Positions 58,796 to 64,000 of a stretch of DNA of 64,000 nt are shown here, one piece after another. Position 1 is the stretch's first letter; each line of letters opens with the position of its first letter. The DNA is from Gemmatimonadota bacterium. Its GTDB lineage: Bacteria > Gemmatimonadota > Gemmatimonadetes > Palauibacterales > Palauibacteraceae. Made by a program: the position numbers and the translations under genes. The notes beneath the pieces were generated by a model that saw only the letters and a program-made list of their open reading frames with translations, had not been told where the DNA came from and did not search any database. The stretch is from contig OY762926.1 in NCBI GenBank assembly GCA_963666735.1, positions 2,432,001-2,496,000 on the forward strand, in the 5' to 3' direction.

Positions 58796-58936
58796 GCGCG
58801 GAGTATGTCACGGATCGGCCTCTCGGGGCGACCCGCCATGGCGGTCTCGTCCGCGCGTTGCGCAATGGCTACCGTACCGGCACGAAGCAGGACTCAGGCG
58901 GGATTAACAAGGCGGGATGAACAAGGAGCACAATCC

Positions 58937-60394
58937 ATGCGCCTCCGGACACGACCTTCATTTACGAGGTTTACGAGGCTGGCCGCCGCGACGCTCGCCG
59001 TCGCGCTGCTGCCCGCCCTCCCCCTCGCGGCCCAGTCCGTCTCGCCGGCGGACGACCCGGGCCTCGGCCGCCTCCTCGCGGAAATCGAACGGCTGGCGCC
59101 CGGCAGCGGCGGCACGGTGGGGGTGGGCGCCGTCCACATCGAGACGGGCCGCGCCGTGTGGTTCAACGAGGACGAACGCTTCCCGATGGCCTCGACCTAC
59201 AAGGTGCCGATCGCGGTCCAACTCCTGTCGCGGGTCGACCGGGGCGAGATCACGCTCGCGGACATGGTCGAACTCGAGCCCGGCGACATCCATCCGGGCA
59301 GCGGGACGATCTCGAACCTGTTCGACGACCCCGGCGTGGCGCTCTCCCTCCGGAACCTGCTCGAGTTGATGCTGCTCATCTCCGACAACAGCGCGACGGA
59401 TCTCACCCTGGCCGCCGCCGGCGGACCCGCCGCCGTGAACGCCCGCATGGCCGAACTCCGGGTCGACGGCCTGAGCGTGGACCGTCCGACATCCGTCCTC
59501 ATCGGAGACTACTCCGGCGTGGAGACGCCGGGCGACGGCAGGATCTCGCTGTCCGAGTTCCGTGGCCTCGCGGGCGATGTCACGGCGGCGGACCGGGCGG
59601 CCGCGCGCGAGACCTTCGCTACCGACCCCCGGGACACGTCGACGCCCCGCGCCATGGCTCACCTGCTGGCGATGACCTGGGCGGGGAAGGCGCTGGGCTC
59701 GAAGAACACGGAGGTCTTCAAGGACATCATGCTGCGCGTGCAGACCGGCGCCGGCCGCATCAAGGGCGTGCTGCCTCCCGGGACGCCGGTCGGACACAAG
59801 ACGGGCACGATCGGCGGGACGACGAACGACGTCGGGTACATCTACCTTCCGGACGGGGCCGGGCACGTGATCACCGTCGTGTTCGTGAAGGATTCCGAGC
59901 GTTCCGTCCCGGCGCGCGAGGCGGCGATCGCCCAGATCTCGCGCGCGATCTACGACTACTTCCTGTTCAATCCGGGGACGCCGGCAGACGCGGCCGCCGG
60001 GCGCGACAACCCGCGCTTCGGGGTGTGGAAGCTGCGCTCCGGCGCGCCGCCCCCGTCGCTCAACGTCATGACGTACGAGCCCTGGGAGGACGGCGGGATG
60101 AAGATTACCGTCGAGTCCACGAACGCCCGCGGCGGCGAGTCGAAGTGGAGCTACGAGACGATGTTCGACGGCGCATTCCACCCCGTGACCGGACGGGACG
60201 GGGTCGAGACTGCGGTGGAAGTCGTGGACGAGTTCACGAACCGGATCACGAGCCGCCGGGATGGCCGCGTCACGCAGGTCATCATCAACGTCCTCTCGGA
60301 GGATGGAAACCGGATCGACAACGAGTACCGCAGCACGGACGCGGAGGGGAACGAGCGCGTGTCGTACGCGGTGTACGAACGCATCGGCGGGTGA
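58937..60394 (+). CDS. Class A beta-lactamase-like serine hydrolase fused to a C-terminal beta-barrel domain
   Basis: Signal peptide; FPMASTYK, SDN, HKTGT; extra ~130 aa starting NPRFGVWKL. Confidence 0.88.
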   Translation: MRLRTRPSFTRFTRLAAATLAVALLPALPLAAQSVSPADDPGLGRLLAEIERLAPGSGGTVGVGAVHIETGRAVWFNEDERFPMASTYKVPIAVQLLSRVDRGEITLADMVELEPGDIHPGSGTISNLFDDPGVALSLRNLLELMLLISDNSATDLTLAAAGGPAAVNARMAELRVDGLSVDRPTSVLIGDYSGVETPGDGRISLSEFRGLAGDVTAADRAAARETFATDPRDTSTPRAMAHLLAMTWAGKALGSKNTEVFKDIMLRVQTGAGRIKGVLPPGTPVGHKTGTIGGTTNDVGYIYLPDGAGHVITVVFVKDSERSVPAREAAIAQISRAIYDYFLFNPGTPADAAAGRDNPRFGVWKLRSGAPPPSLNVMTYEPWEDGGMKITVESTNARGGESKWSYETMFDGAFHPVTGRDGVETAVEVVDEFTNRITSRRDGRVTQVIINVLSEDGNRIDNEYRSTDAEGNERVSYAVYERIGG

Positions 60395-60402
60395 GGCGGG
60401 CG

Positions 60403-61710
60403 ATGTCCAGGGACTACGACGCGATCATCATCGGGGCCGGCGTCATCGGCGTCTGCACCGGGTTCGAGCTGGCCAAGCGGGGCTTCCGCACGCTCAACGT
60501 CGACAAGCTCCCCGCGGCCGGGTACGGCTCCACCTCGAACACGTGCGCCATCATCCGGCTCCACTACTCGACGCCGGACGGCGTGGCCATGGCGCGTGAG
60601 TCCTACTTCTACTGGCTCGACTGGGGGAAGTACGTCGGCGTGCCCGATCCCTCCGGGCTGGCCCGTTATGTGAACACCGGCTGTCTCGTAACGAAGACGG
60701 AGAAGAACCACTACTTGGAGCGGGTGAAGGCGAGTCTCGACGAACTCCACGTCGTGTATGAGGACCTCGACGCAACGGGGATGAAGGAGAAGCTCTCCTT
60801 TCTCGACACGCGACAGTTCGGACCTCCCGTAACGGAGGAGGAGCCGGGCTTCGGACGGCCCACGGGTGGAAACGTGGAGGGGGCCCTCTACATCCCGGAA
60901 TCCGGCTACATCAACGATCCGCAGCTCTGCTGCCACAACGTGCAGCTCGGCTGCGAGGCGCACGGGGGCGAGTTCCGCTTCAACACCGAGGTCACGGAGA
61001 TCCTCCGGGAGAACGGCCGGGTCGCCGGAGTGCGGGTGAAGGATGGGTCCGAGGTGCGCGCGCCCGTGGTGGTCAACGTGGGCGGTCCCCACTCCTTCGT
61101 CATCAACCGGATGGCGGGCGTCGAGGAGGGAATGAACATCCGGACGCGCGCGTTGAAGCAGGAGGTCTGTCACGTCCCCGCGCCGGAGGGCGTGGACTAT
61201 AACGTGGTCGGCATGCTGATCTCGGACAGCGATATCGGGTGTTATTCCAGACCCGAAGTCGGCAACCACATCCTCATCGGGTCGGAAGATCCGCCCTGCG
61301 ACGATCTCGAATGGGTGGAGGATCCGGACGACTATGACAAGACGTTCAGTGATCAGTGGAGGACGCAGGCCCTGCGCGAGGCCCAGCGGGTGCGGGGACT
61401 CCCCGTGCCGGAGGCGCGACAGGGGCTCGTCGATCTCTACGATGTGTCCGACGACTGGATCCCGATCTACGACAAGTCCGATCTGCCCGGCTTCTATATG
61501 GCGGTAGGAACATCCGGGAACCAGTTCAAGAACGCGCCCGTCGCCGGCCAGCTCATGGCGGAGCTGATAGAGGCGGTCGAGGACGGGCGCGATCACGACG
61601 CGGACCCCGTACAGTTCCACATGAAATATACGAGGCGGGACTGTAACCTCGGGTTCTTCAGCCGACTCCGGACAATGAATCCGGACTCGTCCTACTCGGT
61701 CATCGGCTGA
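60403..61710 (+). CDS. FAD-dependent oxidoreductase (DAO/sarcosine oxidase beta-like)
   Basis: IIGAGVIG, GST...AIIR, YDVSDDWIPI, GTSGNQFK.AP. Confidence 0.9.
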   Translation: MSRDYDAIIIGAGVIGVCTGFELAKRGFRTLNVDKLPAAGYGSTSNTCAIIRLHYSTPDGVAMARESYFYWLDWGKYVGVPDPSGLARYVNTGCLVTKTEKNHYLERVKASLDELHVVYEDLDATGMKEKLSFLDTRQFGPPVTEEEPGFGRPTGGNVEGALYIPESGYINDPQLCCHNVQLGCEAHGGEFRFNTEVTEILRENGRVAGVRVKDGSEVRAPVVVNVGGPHSFVINRMAGVEEGMNIRTRALKQEVCHVPAPEGVDYNVVGMLISDSDIGCYSRPEVGNHILIGSEDPPCDDLEWVEDPDDYDKTFSDQWRTQALREAQRVRGLPVPEARQGLVDLYDVSDDWIPIYDKSDLPGFYMAVGTSGNQFKNAPVAGQLMAELIEAVEDGRDHDADPVQFHMKYTRRDCNLGFFSRLRTMNPDSSYSVIG

Positions 61711-61735
61711 GCCGCCGCCACTCGACTCGCATTCG

Positions 61736-62998
61736 ATGAGCCCTGGACCGCTGGGGAGGCTGAAGTCCGCGCTCGGAGCGGGGGTCTTCCGCCCGGGCCG
61801 CCTGTGGGAGGAGAAGCCGCTCCGCCGCCACTACGACGTGGTGATCATCGGGGGCGGCATCCACGGGCTCGCCACGGCCTACTACCTGGCGAAGGACCAC
61901 GGCGTGCGGGACATCGCCGTGCTCGAGAGCCAGTACATCGGGTTCGGAGGGTCCGGGCGGAACACCGCGATCGTACGGGCGAACCAGCGCACCCAGGAGA
62001 ACGTTCCGCTCTATGACGAGGGCCTGAGGCTGTGGCCCATCCTCACGGACGAACTCGACTTCAACCTCATGTTCCATAACTGCGGCAACCTCAACCTCGC
62101 GCACAGCGAGGCCGCGGTGGCCGCGCTCCGCCTTTCCATCAACACCGCGAACTTCTGCGGGGTGCGCTCGGAACTGCTGGACCCGAAACAGTGCGGGGAA
62201 CTGGTCCCGGCGCTGGACGTCTCGGACCGGCCCGCGCATCCGATCCAGGCGGGCATGTACCACCCGCCGGGGGGCGTTGTGCGGCACGACGCGGTGGTGT
62301 GGGGTCTCGCGCGGGGCGCCAGCCTGCACGGGGCGTCGATCCACCAGGGCGTCGGGGTACAGGGGATCGACACGGAGAGCGGGCGGGTGACGGGGGTGCG
62401 GACGAACGCGGGGCCGGTCGGGTGCCGGAAGCTGGGGATCATGGCGGGCGGGTACGGGCCGGCGGTCGCGGCGATGCTCGACATCGAACTGCCGGTGAAC
62501 CCGCTCACGATCCAGGCCATGGTGACGCAGCCGTTGAAACCGTTCCTGCACCACGTCGTGAGTTCCGGGGCGTATCACGTCTACGCGAACCAGACGCTGA
62601 AGGGGGAGATCGCGACGGGCGCGCACATGGATCCGCAGGTGAACTACACGACGGATGTCACCGCGGGCTACTTCAAGCACCAGGCGGAGGCGCTCACGGA
62701 TCTCATGCCGTGCCTGAAGGGCGTGCGGTTTCTGAGAGTGTGGGCGGGGCTGGCGGACATGACGCCGGACATGGCGCCCATCCTCGACGGCAACTTCGTG
62801 TATGACGGCCTTTACCTGGACGTGGGATGGGGGTATTTCGGCTTCAAGTCCGGGCCGGTGGCCGGGAAGTACATGGCGGAATTCATGGCGCGCGAGAAGG
62901 CGCCGGAGATCCTGAAGCCCTTCGCGCTCCGCCGTTTCCTCGAGAACCGGTACATGGGGGAGACCGCCGCCACGATGAAGTACGGACAGTGGGACTGA
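61736..62998 (+). CDS. soxB: Heterotetrameric sarcosine oxidase-like beta subunit
   Basis: YDVVIIGGGIHGLATAYYLA, GSGRNTAIVRAN, RHDAVVWG, DMTPD, GWGYFGFK. Confidence 0.88.
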   Translation: MSPGPLGRLKSALGAGVFRPGRLWEEKPLRRHYDVVIIGGGIHGLATAYYLAKDHGVRDIAVLESQYIGFGGSGRNTAIVRANQRTQENVPLYDEGLRLWPILTDELDFNLMFHNCGNLNLAHSEAAVAALRLSINTANFCGVRSELLDPKQCGELVPALDVSDRPAHPIQAGMYHPPGGVVRHDAVVWGLARGASLHGASIHQGVGVQGIDTESGRVTGVRTNAGPVGCRKLGIMAGGYGPAVAAMLDIELPVNPLTIQAMVTQPLKPFLHHVVSSGAYHVYANQTLKGEIATGAHMDPQVNYTTDVTAGYFKHQAEALTDLMPCLKGVRFLRVWAGLADMTPDMAPILDGNFVYDGLYLDVGWGYFGFKSGPVAGKYMAEFMAREKAPEILKPFALRRFLENRYMGETAATMKYGQWD

Positions 62999-63017
62999 CG
63001 GTGGCACTGACCGTGGG

Positions 63018-63323
63018 ATGGACCCTGGAGGGCCGGTCGTGACGTTCCGGTTGACGTGCCCGGTGTGCGGGAAGCGGGACGTGTACGAGTTCACGTACGG
63101 CGGGCCGGAGAGGGGGGCCCGGCCGACCGGGATGGATCTCGACGGCGGGGCGGAGCCGCACTTCCGCTGGTCCCAGTTCCGCATGAACCGCCCGGAGCCG
63201 CGCGAGGAGTGGTGGCACCACGGTGCGGGCTGCGGCGTCTGGTTTTCGACGTGGCGCGACCCGGCCACGAACCGGGAGACACGGCCCGGCGGCGCGGGGG
63301 CGAGCGGGGGAGATTCGTCGTGA
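63018..63323 (+). CDS. soxD: Sarcosine oxidase-like delta subunit
   Basis: CPVCGKR...EFTYGG...EEWWHHGAGC..W...RD..TN. Confidence 0.88.
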   Translation: MDPGGPVVTFRLTCPVCGKRDVYEFTYGGPERGARPTGMDLDGGAEPHFRWSQFRMNRPEPREEWWHHGAGCGVWFSTWRDPATNRETRPGGAGASGGDSS

Positions 63324-64000
63324 GCCGGCTGCCCCTTTCATCGACGGAACGGATCGACCGCTCCCGGCCGCTCGGTTTCCGCTGGTGCGGACGCGCGCTG
63401 GAGGGGTTCGAGGGAGATACCGTCGCATCGGCGCTCTGGGGGGCGGGGGTCCGCACCTTCGGCCGAAGCCTCGAGTATCACAGGCCCCGGGGGCTCTACG
63501 ACCTGGAGGGAGAGGGGTCGAGCCAACTCGTCTCGATCAACGGCGTTCCGAACCAGTCCGCCGGGACGACGCCGCTGCGCGAGGGGATGGAGGTCGGAGC
63601 CCAGAACGTGCGCGGCGATCCGCGGTTCGACGCCTTCGGTTTCCTGGACCGGCTGGACCGGTTCATGCCCGCGGGCTTCTACTACCGGCTCTTCCACCGG
63701 CCCGCCTGGGCCGCCCGGTTCTTCCAGGAGCGGATGCGCGGGCTGGCCGGCCTGGGCGTGTTGCGGCTCGACGCACCGGACGGGGCGCGGGCCGGGGAGC
63801 GGGCCGGGGAGCGGGCCGAGCGCTACCTGAACGCGGACGTGGCCGTGGTCGGCGGCGGCCCGGCCGGGATGTCTGCGGCGCTGGAGGCCGGGCGCCTCGG
63901 CCTCCGCGTATGCCTGTTCGAGCGCCGGCCGTGGCTGGGGGGGCATCTCGACTGGCGCGTGCGGGACGGTCGTCCGCTCGCCGCGGAGGTATCCGCGCTG
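63320..64000 (+). CDS. soxA: Sarcosine oxidase-like alpha subunit (runs off the window)
   Basis: Translated by eye from GTG 63320: IDRSRPLGF...GDTVASAL...RS..YHRPRG...PAGFYY...VVGGGPAG. Confidence 0.88.
   Translation, partial: MSRLPLSSTERIDRSRPLGFRWCGRALEGFEGDTVASALWGAGVRTFGRSLEYHRPRGLYDLEGEGSSQLVSINGVPNQSAGTTPLREGMEVGAQNVRGDPRFDAFGFLDRLDRFMPAGFYYRLFHRPAWAARFFQERMRGLAGLGVLRLDAPDGARAGERAGERAERYLNADVAVVGGGPAGMSAALEAGRLGLRVCLFERRPWLGGHLDWRVRDGRPLAAEVSAL

Noticed and set aside
57701..58936. 897-aa version of the beta-lactamase-like ORF
   Set aside because: The upstream part is antisense to the M20 deacylase; RBS and signal peptide support the start at 58937

Overview
High-GC bacterial chromosome segment. 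The gene repertoire (6-bladed propellers, a carboxypeptidase-regulatory-domain protein, a BNR/VPS10 hydrolase, a PIG-L fusion) suggests Gemmatimonadota; this is an inference. Most of the window is housekeeping or metabolic: ispH, lon, pfkA, sodA, hisN, a PiT transporter, DsbD-like, ggt, peptidases/amidase, and a sarcosine-oxidase-like operon running off the right edge. The standout is a visibly AT-richer ~9 kb island (about 42.4-51.3 kb) with a tightly coupled minus-strand operon: ParB/Srx-like protein, SNF2 helicase, DUF3883-type PD-(D/E)XK nuclease and DUF1156/COG1743-type Zn-ribbon adenine methyltransferase, followed by a frameshifted higA. The ORF track hides this operon because two different IS3-family elements split the ParB-like and nuclease genes. 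Removing each IS plus one 3-bp target duplication restores both frames exactly (458 aa and 300 aa). It is a candidate restriction-like anti-phage system, apparently inactivated here. Other points of interest: a chimeric tandem vapBC locus, a class A beta-lactamase-like fusion lacking Glu166, a solo IS end supplying a -35 box, several decaying genes, and short tandem triplications at start/stop codons. No rRNA, tRNA or CRISPR array was seen. All family calls come from motif recognition by eye; no database searches were run.
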